DNA of 63,985 nt, the filler included, from Stramenopiles sp. TOSAG23-2 (taxonomy: Eukaryota): NCBI GenBank assembly GCA_900128395.1. It is 9 parts of 9 records of this genome, joined end to end, with 100 filler letters (N's around TTAATTAATTAA, not from the genome) between each part and the next. Parts side by side here need not be neighbours in the genome. Positions count along the whole stretch, not along the records: positions 50,454 to 57,541 come from LT650361.1; positions 57,642 to 63,985 come from LT650476.1; 7 more parts are not named here. One strand, 5' to 3'. The position numbers and the translations under genes were made by a program. Below, piece by piece: positions 52,339 through 63,985 of the stretch. The notes below the pieces were generated by a model. It saw only the letters and a list, made by a program, of their open reading frames with translations. It did not search any database and was not told where the DNA came from. Numbering within the stretch: position 1 is the first letter of the stretch; the number at the start of each line of letters is the position of its first letter.

Positions 52339-52787
52339 TTTTATTGATGTTTAATATTACATGTGAAAAATGTTTTGAGAGAAATGAAAATAGTTTTACA
52401 ATAAAAATCAGAAACAAGAAAAATAAAAAAAAAATATTTAATGAAACGAGTAAAAACAAAATGAAAGAAGTGTGTAAGATTTGCAATGTGTCATGTTTTT
52501 ACTTTTTTTATTTTCCAAAAAAGAAAAAGAATAAAACAAAATTAAATTAATATATTTTTAGATCTAGCGAAAGTTAAATTAATAATATTACGTATCATTT
52601 TAGCAAAAGAGGAGAAGAGAGGGGAGTGTATTTTAAATAATATTGTTTTTTGTTAAATTTAATATAATAACACAAGATATCAAACAGGTAAAAAAAAAGT
52701 AATCTCCCTGCAGAAATACACACATTTCATACGTGTGCACCCACCCAAATTTTTATGTGTTTTGATTGAATCGTCCAGGTGTGATAT

Positions 52788-54810
52788 CTACGATACATTA
52801 CTGTCTTCATCACTTTCATAACTACTGCCACCACTACCACCAAATTCCTCTTCCTCTTCTCTTTTTCTTTTTTCTTCTTCTCTTAATCTTGCTTTTTCTT
52901 TTTTATCAATTTCTGCTTGTCTATCGTCAGCTTCTTGATCTGTTAAATCTAATTCTTCCGGCAATTGCATTAAATCCATATAATAAAATGTTTTTTTATT
53001 TTTTCTACATTGTGCATCAAACCAACGCTTCCTTCGTCTCCAATCTAATTCTTCAGCGACAATCCATTGCCTTTCATGATGCTGTAATTGGCCAAAATGT
53101 ATGGTAGGATCACATTCACGACAATATTCTCGCATACCACATTGGGCACATCTTAACGTAGTACTTAAATGTCTCTTGCATTCAAAACAAGTATCCATAA
53201 CATTGTTAACAGGTGCTTCCCATAATGATCCACCAGTAGCTTCACAATAATAATAGACTTGACCACTTGCTGAATCATAATTTTCTATCCATGCCCATTG
53301 TTGATGCGCTAATTCTAATAATTTTAAGATTTTAACCGTATCGTTTTTCAATTTGTAGTTCATTTGGACCATATCGTCATGAAAACGATCGTATTTTAAC
53401 CGCGTAGCAGCAACAATTTCATCGTACTTCCGATCAAAATATTTTTTATATGCAGCTTCTTTTAAGCGTATTCTATCTGCTTTTTTTAAAAATCCCCCTT
53501 CTCGTTGAAACAATAAAATTTCATTATCAACTAAATCTTGCCAATATTTTTTACCAATTGGAGTCTCAAAATATGCATCTACAAATTCTTTTGTAGACGC
53601 TTTTACCGCTAATTCAGCTAATCTCAATGAATTATCATGATTCATAACATTCGCAGCAACTGCTCTAGATAATGCTTCAACTAAAATTTCTTTTAGATTT
53701 TTCTCAATTTCTTCAGCATCCTCATTTCCATCCAATTCTTCCCCTTCCGCCTGCCCTTTGCGAAAATTAACTAATGCATTTGTGCATCTTTTTAGATCAT
53801 CTAATGCTTCTCGTAATTCCGTCTCCGTTTCCGTTTCCGCTTCTTTCATTTTAACTTCATCTTCCTTTAATTTTGCCAATCGTGATTTTTCTTTTGCAGC
53901 TTTTTCTGCATCTATTTCTGCTTGTTTTTCATCTTCAATTGCTTTTAATTCGGCAGCTTTTTTCTCTTCTACTTCTTTTTTCTTCTTTCTTTCTGATAAT
54001 AAAATCGCTTCCAATGTTTCTCTTGGACCATATGTGTTGTTACGTGTTTTCATCATTTCTCTCCAAAATCCTTTACCGTACATTTGTGACATTAATTTAT
54101 CTCTTAAAACAAATGCCGGTTTTAACAATTCTGGAAATTCTTTATTATATCCAAACATTTCTTCTAATGATACTTCGCCATCACCATCAGCATCAATATT
54201 ATCCAACGTTTTTTTCAACTCTCCAGTAATTTCTTCAGTCCCTGTTAACATGCGAACAAGTGCGTCTAACTCTGCCATATCTAACGAGCCACCTTTATCA
54301 ATATCAAATATATCAAAACAAAATTTGATTAATGCTTCATCATTCATGGTATTTAAATTCCATATACCAAGCAAAAATTCTTGAAAATCCAATTCTCCAC
54401 TACCGTCAAGATCTACAGCGGTGAAGACTGTTTTTACAGAATTAGATTATTATTTAATTATCGTTCATGTTGTTATCATATTATTTTTCTCTGTTAGTAT
54501 ATTATTATTATTAATCAATAAATAAAGACGTATTGTGTGTTAGATATTTGTACCTATTTAACTTACCTCTTCTTGAAAATGGTGTTTCAGTCACTTTAAA
54601 AAATTCATGAAATTCATCTGGTGTTACCTCACCATCACCTTTTTTATCCATCTCTACAAAATATTTAAAAATTTGATACCCCTGTTTTGGACTTAAATGC
54701 AATACTCTATAAGTTTCTTTTAATTGTTCTCGCCATTCGTCTTGATAATATTCATATGGCGTATAACCATCAATATAGACTTTATTTGAACCAGATGCAC
54801 ATAAACCCAT
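52788..54810 (-). CDS. N-acylated EF-hand protein with coiled coil, WW and B-box (2 exons: 54810-54567, 54427-52788)
   Basis: MGLCAS start; four EF loops (DKKGDGEV, DLDGSGEL, DIDKGGSL, DADGDGEV); WW W....D..SGQVYYY...TG.S.WEAP; B-box C..C.....C..C...YC..CD..IH....HHER; phase-1 intron 54566-54428. Confidence 0.85.
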
Positions 54811-55428
54811 CTTTTCTTTGTACCCAAGCTTTTCTTTTATGAAAGGTATAGTGTTATTTATATTTACAAGTAGTTATTATGGTTTCACGTACATATGAAT
54901 ATAATTGTAATAATAGTTTAACAGTTTTGGGGTATATATTTTGTAGATATTTATATATCTGTTACATAGCCTGGTTATTAATAAAAGTGGTGTATATTTT
55001 TTAACTTTTTTGTTTGTTGTTGTTGTTTTTTTTTTTTTTGTCGTCTTCGCGTCGTCGCCTGAGATGCTGATGCCTGCTTGTACTACTTTATCATAAAAGC
55101 CACATGTTGCTGTGTTGCTGTCCAGCTGTGATGCTACAGACAGCCGGCTATAGATAAAGCTGTAAAAAAGAAAAAGAAAGCTGGTGTACATTATATACTT
55201 GTTAGTATATTTTTATCTACCTATAAGTATATAGTTTCCGGTGTGGCGCGCCCCCTCTGATTTTAAAATGATGCGAATGAATAATTGTATTTATTTATAG
55301 ATATATAAACAAGAAAAAAAAAATAATGATTCATGATAATATAGAAATAAAATATAACGTGACGAATTATATAAATCAAAATATACAAGATCATATAGTA
55401 TTTTATAGTTGTATAAAAATAAAAAGAA

Positions 55429-55815
55429 ATGCCGACGTCATCCAAGAAAGAAAAAATATCTGTAGGAGAAATTATCCAAAAAGCATTAACTCGAGGAGAA
55501 AATTGGAATAAAACAACCTTTGAAAAATTTCCACAAGTTTTATTTTGGCTGCGTATTGTAATAGCTTTTATATTAGGACTTTCTTGGGCATTCGTGAAGC
55601 TTGAAGGTCAATTGGGTTTAATTAGTTATGCTGCGGCTTCCTCATTAATAGTATTTTTGTATTATAACACGTTTTTAGAAGTGGATGTCCAAGATTTTGG
55701 ACAATTTGCATTAATTTCAGAAGGTTTTATGCCAGCGTTAGCCATCTTTGTATTAACTTGGTCAATATTTTACACAGCATTATATGTTGATAATGACGAA
55801 ATTGGTTTTTATTAA
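55429..55815 (+). CDS. RAB5IF: Rab5-interacting/GEL complex subunit OPTI (C20orf24 family)
   Basis: VLFWLR..IA..LG..W....L.G..G, YY..FL.VD..DFG...L..EGFM.A.A.FVLTW..FYT. Confidence 0.85.
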   Translation: MPTSSKKEKISVGEIIQKALTRGENWNKTTFEKFPQVLFWLRIVIAFILGLSWAFVKLEGQLGLISYAAASSLIVFLYYNTFLEVDVQDFGQFALISEGFMPALAIFVLTWSIFYTALYVDNDEIGFY

Positions 55816-56267
55816 AAAAAAAACGAAGAGAAAAAACAGGGTCCCTCTAAAGTGAGAAAAGATTATACTGTGGAGTAAAGTTTGTATATATATGATATTT
55901 TGTATATTTTTGATATTTCGTATTCGTACTTAATTCGTATATAGTATATATATAAAAATGCATATATGATATATCATATTCATATAATATTAATTAATCA
56001 TATTAAAAAATAACTTATGCGTAAACTTAAAATATATAAAATTTTCACTTTTACTCGTATATGTTAATTATACATGCATATATTTAAAATACGAAGTCGT
56101 CGTATTAAATATATATTAGATAAATATTAAATAATATGATATCACATACTACGAGAAAGAGTATCAAATGAGATTATGATAAAATATGATTATAATACAT
56201 TGAGTAAGAGAAAATTTTTATATATATATATCATATTTTTTAGTTTCCCCCCTCTCTCTCTTTCCTT

Positions 56268-57541
56268 TTATTTCTTATTATTGCTTCCATCATTTCTTTT
56301 GTTTTTATCATAACGTGTTGGTGAATAAATATTTGTTTTCATCAAATGTAATTGAGGTGTATTAACAGCTCTACTATCCCTAGCACACAATGATTGGTCA
56401 TCCATCCATGAAATAAATGTTGAATTATATTCTTGATTTGTACGATTTAAATACATTCTAAATGCTTTCTCTGGTATATCTCTTGAAACATTTTCTCGCC
56501 AACGTTTCCCTTCATTTTCCATAATGTTTGTATTTGAACACATAATAATAACATTTTCTTCATCTGGATGTTCTAATTGATGTACATATTGAAATTTACG
56601 TTCAAGCATCTCAATTAAACCATCGAAATCTTCCATTTCGTTTCCAGCATTAATTATTACAACGCTTTGACGATCTTCCTTATCTACTTTTAATAACATT
56701 TTCAAACGTGTAAAAAATAATGGATCTTTTAAACCTGGTGGCATACCATCCTCTGTATAAATATCAACAATAACAATATTGTATTTTAAATATTCACCTG
56801 GATCCTCTTCTTTTTTACTGCCACCGTTATTATTATTATTACTACCTTTTGCATTTTGTATTAATAAGTGTTTTAATAAATTTGCGCGATTAGAAGTCCA
56901 TTCTACTGCTTCTGCAATGTGTGTTTTAATAACATCATTATCATCATATCCAAAACCTGTTTTTGCACCAAGAAAAACTACTTTTGACCATTCAATCACA
57001 TCAATGGAACGAATATGTGAATAATTAGCATTTAAAAATGCTGGTATGGAACCAGCACCCAATCCCATTAATAAAATATTGCATGATTCCGTATCAGTTT
57101 GCTTTAAATGCCCAGATCCAGCAATACAAGATATCATGGTTCGTGCATACCATAAGATTACAGTATCCCCAAGTTTTTTATTATGATCCACTTCAGATTC
57201 AACAAAACCTTCTAAATACCATGTACCTATTGTCATTAATTTTCGCTTATTATCATCGCGTTGTATGACAGTTACAGCTTCAATACCTGATATTTTTGGT
57301 AAATTTGAACATGGTACGAATTGCGGAGGATAATGACATATTATTTTTAAGGGTGGAATAATTTCTTTTGTAACATTATTATTTTTATTTACAATTTTGT
57401 TATTGTAATCATCATCATCATCATTATTAATTTTTAATGAAGATGCAAATTTAGATTCAAGTTTTGATGATTCATTATCATCGTCGTCTTCCTCCTCCTC
57501 CTCCTCATCGTCATCATCATCGTCATTCTTCGCTTCTTTAA
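56268..57541 (-). CDS. Class I SAM methyltransferase (METTL13 C-terminal/spermidine-synthase-like), 5'-truncated
   Basis: YARTM, ILLMGLGAGSIP.FL, IDVIE....V...A...FG, YNIVIVDIY, P..L....FF; the frame is open to the contig end. Confidence 0.78.
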
Positions 57542-57641
57542 NNNNNNNNNNNNNNNNNNNNNNNNNNNNNNNNNNNNNNNNNNNNTTAATTAATTAANNN
57601 NNNNNNNNNNNNNNNNNNNNNNNNNNNNNNNNNNNNNNNNN
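57542..57641. other. Artificial contig spacer
   Basis: N44-TTAATTAATTAA-N44. Confidence 0.98.
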
Positions 57642-58527
57642 GTCCTATATTTTAAAATTTCTGGAGGCGGCACAAAAAGTGTGGGGATAAGGAATAAGTC
57701 GACACAACATGTGGCAACCACATCATATATTTCGTAATCATGCGTAAACGAAAATACAAGCTGAGATCTGAGAGATGTAATTATATAAATACATGTATTC
57801 CATATATAACAAACACCATTAACAAATATTCCACATAAATATTGATACAGAGAAACTAACGAGTGTAAGCAACCTCCCATAATTTAAGTATGTCGAGAAG
57901 GTCGTTTATTATGGATTTATATTATAATATATATATATAAGTTAGTTCACATGTATCCTATGATATTCTAATATATCCATCTACATGTGTTCATCTATAA
58001 TATATATATATATCGATATGTGACCGGATAATTAATATGTACACGGGTAGAGCGGTAGAGCTATCAGGTACGATATACCACACATCATAATGGCACCTGT
58101 TGTGTGATGGTAGCAGGCTGGGCAGGCCAGAAGGTAAAACGCATAAAAAAACATCGTTTTCTCCCTGGTAGAGCGGTGAGCGGTGTGGTGAATGCTACTA
58201 CAGCATGTTTCGTACTTATTTTACCTGTTTTATAGGAGTTTTGTCCGTAAGCGTAATAAGGAATATGGTAAAATAGCGTGAGTATATATATATATATATA
58301 TTTACGACATATGCATATGACTTTATTTTTATATATGTAATTATACTGTAAAATTAGTACAAAGAAAAATGGCCGGAGGAATAAATTCGTACTGTATGTG
58401 GTTTGCGTATTTCACATGTATTTTCTTTTCTGAGATTTACAAGAAAAAATGATGATAAAATGATATAGCGAAGATTATAACAAAAAATAAATCTCTCTTT
58501 TTACTATATATTTCCATCGTAATATAT

Positions 58528-60093
58528 TTACCCGATTAATTGTTTCATCAATGGTGTAAGATCTTCCACACGTTTTACAATATTGCTTGTAGGAGAATCA
58601 GCTTCAAATCGAAATGGCCAATGACTGTGGAGCGTAGCGTATGAATGAGTGGTGTGTTAGAGGGTATCTTCTCTTTTTTTAGGTTTAGAAGAAATAGAAT
58701 TTACTTACGTAGTGGTTTGTTCATTTACATATGCTAAACGTCTTAGTGCTAGTACATTATCCGGTGCTTTAGCTTTTGGTGCCATACTTATTAATGCAAC
58801 AATCCGTTGCAATTTCAAATCATGATTATTAATATCCAAACATTCTTTATTGATTGGAAAATTATTATATTCTCGAATATTTTTTAATCGTGTTATAACA
58901 TCTAATACACGTTGTCTTTTGTCAACAAATTCACTTAGATCAACTACATCATCGTCATCACCATTGTCATTATTTAATACTTCAACGGTTTTTATCACTT
59001 CCTCTTCCATTATTTCATTAATATCTTCTTTTTTTGAATTTGTATTACAATGTACAGTTCTACTATCCCAAAATACCATATCGCCTGGATCAACATGTAA
59101 GAAAACAGGTTGTTTCATATTTAAAACTTCATCTGATGGAGGTACTAATAAAAATTGACCATGCTCATCACTACCCCAATGTTTTCTAGCTCTTTCAGTC
59201 AATTCATTATGATATTTCCATGATTCTGGGATGACAACAATACCACCAGTCTGTTTCGTTTGTTTAGTTAATGATAAAAACGATTGAATAGTTTGTCTTC
59301 CTGGATACGTTCCAGCATTTTGATCGACATGAAACCATTTCTCAGCAGTACGCCATCTTTTGGTACAATTCACTGGGCGAAACACAACAGGGCCACCAAA
59401 ATCAACTATCAAATCTGACTCATTAATATCCCATAATTTTGCAAATAATTGTCGAACATGTGGTAGTGTTCTTAAATACCACATGAAATCTGATTGTCCA
59501 ATTCCAAATTGTAATATAATGCCATACTCGTTTGCTGGAATTCGATCCCATGTTTCCACTTTCGATTGAAAAGCTTTAAAACGAGATTCAAAATAATCCC
59601 ACAGTAAATCTTTCGCTATGTCCACCTCTTTTTTCGTGGCCACATTTTTGAAAATAACGTATCCTTGCTTATTAAAAAATTCAATACCTCTTATTATATC
59701 TGTCATATTAAGAGCGTTAAAATAATGATTTGTTTTTTTCGTATAATTGACATTTTTCATTTTATGTGTTGTAAGGGTATAAGCATCATTTTTATTTAAA
59801 TAATCAATTCTTTTCTTAATGGCAGCATAAATAGAAGAGACACACACACTATTATACGCGTCTATTTGACGACAAAACTTTTGTGCTGATTCTGCTGGAT
59901 CCTCATCTTTTTGATATAGCACATATACAGGGGACAGTGAATTTGGTAAACGTATTGGAATTGTAAATTCTATTTCTTTACTATTATGATTATTCATTTC
60001 AATATCTATACCAAATATATAATGTACATGGCAGTTCAAAGTGCAAATAATTAGTGCAGCAATAATATATATACATTTCTCATACCTACGCAT
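58528..60093 (-). CDS. Secretory-pathway PhyH-like 2OG-Fe(II) dioxygenase (2 exons: 60093-58709, 58624-58528)
   Basis: Signal peptide; FF.KQGYVI, WFHVDQ (HxD), GDMVFWDSRTVH; intron 58708-58625 restores TTTHWP. Confidence 0.85.
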
Positions 60094-60486
60094 TTGTCTC
60101 CGTATATCTTTTGTGATATATAATAATAATATATATTATTCAAAATAGTTTGACAGATGTATATTATTTCATACATATTGTTTCTATATTTTGTATATGA
60201 CGTATTTATATTATTATATATGTTTTTTAGTAGTATTATTATTTATTGTAGTAAGTGTTGCAAGTCTATAGTTGCTATAAAAAATCATCACTACTAGCAC
60301 AACAAACACTCTGCTGATGAACGAAAAGAAGAAGAATGTAATGTATAGTGTAATTGTTATTAGTCCGAATAAAAAAGTCAGTCCCACGTATACTATACTA
60401 TAGATATCTATATGTAGACAAAGAAGATATATATATATATATATATATACAGCAACACACACAATATATAATAATAAGATATAACA

Positions 60487-61612
60487 ATGAATACACGTGT
60501 ATTAGGAAGAGGTGCAGCTGCTATGAAAACATCTGCACAAGGATTTGGATGCATGGGAATGACTGCGTTTTATGGGAAACCAATGTCAAATGTAGCTGCA
60601 GAAGAACTACTAGTTAACGCATTTAAAAATGGAATTACACACTGGGATACTGCAGAAGTTTACCAAGGTAAAAATGATGATGGCTCTGTCTTATACAATG
60701 AATCTCAAGTAGCCTTTGGGATAAAAGCTGTAAACAACCGCGATGCCCTTCAAATTTGTACAAAGTACATGCCAAGATTACATGGAAAAACAATGTCAGC
60801 AGAAATGTGCATAAATGCTTGTAAAGACTCTTGCGAAAGACTTGGTGTGGCATATGTTGATTTATATTATGTGCATAGAATGCATAATAAAGTTTCGGTG
60901 GAGGAACAAGCAAAGGCAATGTTAGCAGTGAAAAACAGTGGCTTAGCAAAACACATTGGTCTTTCAGAGTTTTCACCAAAAAATATACGAAAATTTCATG
61001 CTATATGCCCAGTTACATGTGTTCAGCAAGAATGGAGTTTAATAAATCGTGATTTAGAAGATGATATTGCACCAACTTGTAGAGAATTAGGTATTGGTAT
61101 TGTTGCTTACTCACCATTATCTAGAAGTATTTTAAGCGATGAAGTTGCCAAACTTGGGAAAACAACTGCAACGGCGAAAGGTGATAAAAATGATTTAAGG
61201 GCATCACGTTATCCACGCCTTTCTGCTGAAAATCTTCCAAAAAATGCAAAATTAGTTCAAGGTGTTCAAAAAATTGCATCTTCAAAAAAATTGACTTTAG
61301 CACAATTGTAAGTACAAAAATGATATGATCTTTTCTCTCCCCCCAAATGCTTTTGTTTCTAACTCGATAAATTCATATCTTTCTAATATAATGTTTCACA
61401 GATCTTTAGCTTGGGTAGGAAGTCAAGGAGAAGATGTTGTACCTATTCCAGGAACTACATCAATAAACCATTTAAATGATAATGCTCAAGCGGGGCGCGT
61501 TTATTTAACAAAAGATGAATTACATACTATTGCATCATCGATATCTTTGGATAAGGTTGCTGGCGCAAGATATGCTGGTGGAAAAGCAGCTACTTACAAA
61601 GGTAATTTGTAA
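60487..61612 (+). CDS. Aldo-keto reductase, AKR13-like (2 exons: 60487-61307, 61402-61612)
   Basis: GFGCMGM, DTAEVY, ICTK, DLYYVHR, IGLSE, QQEWSL, GIGIVAYSPL, VVPIPGT; intron 61308-61401 gives AQL-SLAW. Confidence 0.93.
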
Positions 61613-61800
61613 AAATTGTAAATATTACGTCATATATAATAAACGATGCATGGAAGGGGGGAAATAGAAGAGAAAGGAAAAAGAGTGTGAGAGACAGAAA
61701 CAAAAAGCATATTGAGAGCAATATAGTGAGGAAAATAATAGCATATCAATATACGGTATACTTCTTTAATGGATGATGCCCCATTCTTCACAAATATTTA

Positions 61801-62823
61801 CTATAATGTACCATCATCTTGTTCTTCTTCGTAAAATAATTTCACAATATTGTAAAAGTTTTTTGTATCAACATCCATATGATGAATTGTTACCGCAGAT
61901 TGAATTTCACGGTTAAAACTTTCCATAGATGTTGTTTTGGATATGGAATCAGGAGGATCATTCAAAAATTCTTCAATATGAATAGGTTGAAGTTTTAATG
62001 CTTCTAATGTAAATCGCGTCAATCTAACATCAACATATTGTGAATAGTATCTTGAATAAAATTGATAAAACAATTTTACATTCAATCTCATTTGTATCAT
62101 TACATCTCTACCAAATAGCATCCCAGCACCGCCACATAAAACATTACAATCATTCCATCTTTTCCCAGCAAATACATTTTTCGCACTTTTTAACAGTTCA
62201 TTCGATTGTAATAATTTTACATATCGGTTTGGATTAAATATTGTATCATCGTCAAATAATAAAATATATTTGAAGTTCGTACTAGACAGACATGGTAAAG
62301 CAAATAAAGTAGTAAATTCTGCAACCCTTTCTTGGAATCCTAATTTGCTTCCCCTGCCACTAACTTCATAATTCAGTGTTAATTGATACAACTTTTCTCC
62401 AATCCACGACGATTCGTTGGAAGACCTAGAAATTATAGGCATATCAAGGTCCTGAATTCCAGCAAATTCATTTGTTAAAACAAAAACACAAATTTCATGT
62501 TGATTATTATTTCTTTTAATTAAATCATATATTTTTACAGCCCGTTTATGAAATGTGACGCTTGATGAAAGTATGATAGCAACCGTTTCACATTTCAAAT
62601 TTAAATTAGTTAACAGTTCCCCAGCAACTTTATTCAACTTATATGGTTTACATGTATTTTCATTTATGATATTAGGATATTTCAAAAGAATTGGAGGAAA
62701 AGGAGCATTATATAACCAATTCCTTTTATTTCTTTTAATCATATATTTTATTAATAGTAGAATAGATATGATTGCAAATATACATTTAACAATGATGACG
62801 AAAACTCTCTTTTTCAAATGCAT
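61801..62823 (-). CDS. GT31 (fringe/core-1 galactosyltransferase-like) type II membrane glycosyltransferase
   Basis: N-terminal TM anchor, YILLFDDDT (DxD), LCGGAGMLFG, DVRL, AVTIHH. Confidence 0.75.
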   Translation of the reverse strand: MHLKKRVFVIIVKCIFAIISILLLIKYMIKRNKRNWLYNAPFPPILLKYPNIINENTCKPYKLNKVAGELLTNLNLKCETVAIILSSSVTFHKRAVKIYDLIKRNNNQHEICVFVLTNEFAGIQDLDMPIISRSSNESSWIGEKLYQLTLNYEVSGRGSKLGFQERVAEFTTLFALPCLSSTNFKYILLFDDDTIFNPNRYVKLLQSNELLKSAKNVFAGKRWNDCNVLCGGAGMLFGRDVMIQMRLNVKLFYQFYSRYYSQYVDVRLTRFTLEALKLQPIHIEEFLNDPPDSISKTTSMESFNREIQSAVTIHHMDVDTKNFYNIVKLFYEEEQDDGTL

Positions 62824-63985
62824 ATTATTTTTAGCTGCTGCATCTCATGCACAAAGTATACATTTCCTCAATATAATATTGCTTATAAACGAAAACTATC
62901 CAATTCATATGTATTCCTATACCTGCCACCATTTATTACATGTAAATATTTTTGAAAGTGGCCCGTGAGTATATTAATTGATTTTTTCATGATGAGAATC
63001 CTGTTATAAGAAGGATATCCGATATATGCAACATATCGACAATGCCTGGTTTGCACATTTTCAATCCGGTCTCCCAAATTGCCATTTATTATTTGGTATA
63101 TTTATACTATTTAGTATACTGAGTACTCTGGTACTGCTGGACTGTTCATCGTGCTGCTCCAGTAGTGCTATTATTAATATGGACTATATTGTAGGTGTTT
63201 TAAATAAGACGGATGATTACCTCCCCAAAATAGTGGGGTTCCAATAAGTACATATTTAGTATACCATAAATATATATTTTTATAGGATAACATCAAAAAT
63301 CGATATTCTAGATATTTTAGATATTCTAGATATTTTTTCCAATGAACATTCAAGCGGGCAAGGTATTCAGCCCGTAAGCAGGTAAGCAAGGTTGGGATTG
63401 AAGAAACGCAAAAGAATGTGAAATGTATTATAATATTAAAAATGAATGGCATGTAATAAACATTTGTATAAATACAGGGCAGTACCATTACGATGCCATC
63501 ACCATAATTTAAAATAATCAAAATATTATAGATACATCATGATGCATCTGAAATTTCGGAAGTATCTAGTAATTTAATTAAATGCATTTTAACTTTATAT
63601 CCACGTGGATTTATATTATTAATTATTATTTTTTCGTATATTACGAGTAATATTACGCGTATAATAAATACGAATTATATTATTTTATAATTATTATTTT
63701 TAATATATATATATATATATTTAATTAATGCATAATTTATTTTTTAATTTACTCATGATAATTCCTACTCTCCAGAAAGAATACAATAACTGAGACAAAT
63801 CTATCTCACTAAACTGAAAGATTTTTAATATATATATATATATATATGATGTGTGTGTAAAAAAATTAAATTTATATTACGAGTAATACTCGTATGTAAA
63901 ATACAAATATTTATATATATATATATATATCGGCTTTTTGCCACAACCGTGCACTTCAAGATCTTTATCCGACTAGTTACCGATT

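Noticed and set aside
1-63985. Alternative genetic code or stop-codon reassignment
   Set aside because: Conserved genes read through with the standard code and end at TAA, TAG or TGA; apparent breaks are explained by GT-AG introns.
1-63985. tRNA/rRNA genes
   Set aside because: No cloverleaf with a T-loop GTTCRA in proper context, and no rRNA-like stretch, was found by eye; a covariance scan would be needed to exclude them.

Overview
AT-rich eukaryotic nuclear DNA, most likely from a flagellated stramenopile. Evidence: a Sig1/Ocm1-type mastigoneme exon, short GT-AG introns with CTAAC/CTAAT branch points, and the standard genetic code. The window is not contiguous. It is nine ~7.1-kb contigs in decreasing size order, joined by 100-nt N44-TTAATTAATTAA-N44 spacers, so adjacency across spacers means nothing. 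Some junctions look like amplification or assembly chimeras. About 30 genes or gene fragments are recognisable, including METTL9, 3R-MYB, U-box, TMTC, PTPMT1-like, CPPED1, RAB5IF, a peroxisomal carrier, AKR, GT31 and a PhyH-like dioxygenase. Mobile elements include MITEs, a 1.66-kb TIR element, a DIRS/Ngaro-like RT fragment and a UL9-like helicase fragment. The most notable candidates are: (1) a tandem pair of putative modified-DNA readers (MBD+chromodomain, then a spliced DUF3427/SRA-like protein); (2) a eukaryotic SLOG-SLATT conflict-effector homolog with an internal deletion; (3) a secretory SET-Tudor-MRH(Ubl insert)-Tudor protein; (4) cutinase-like esterase-GH28 and TBC-GST fusions; (5) a stand-alone MYCBP2-type RING-Cys-relay ligase; (6) an in-frame TAA-GCC-ATG two-ORF arrangement upstream of TMTC. 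All family calls are from motif recognition by eye, not database searches.
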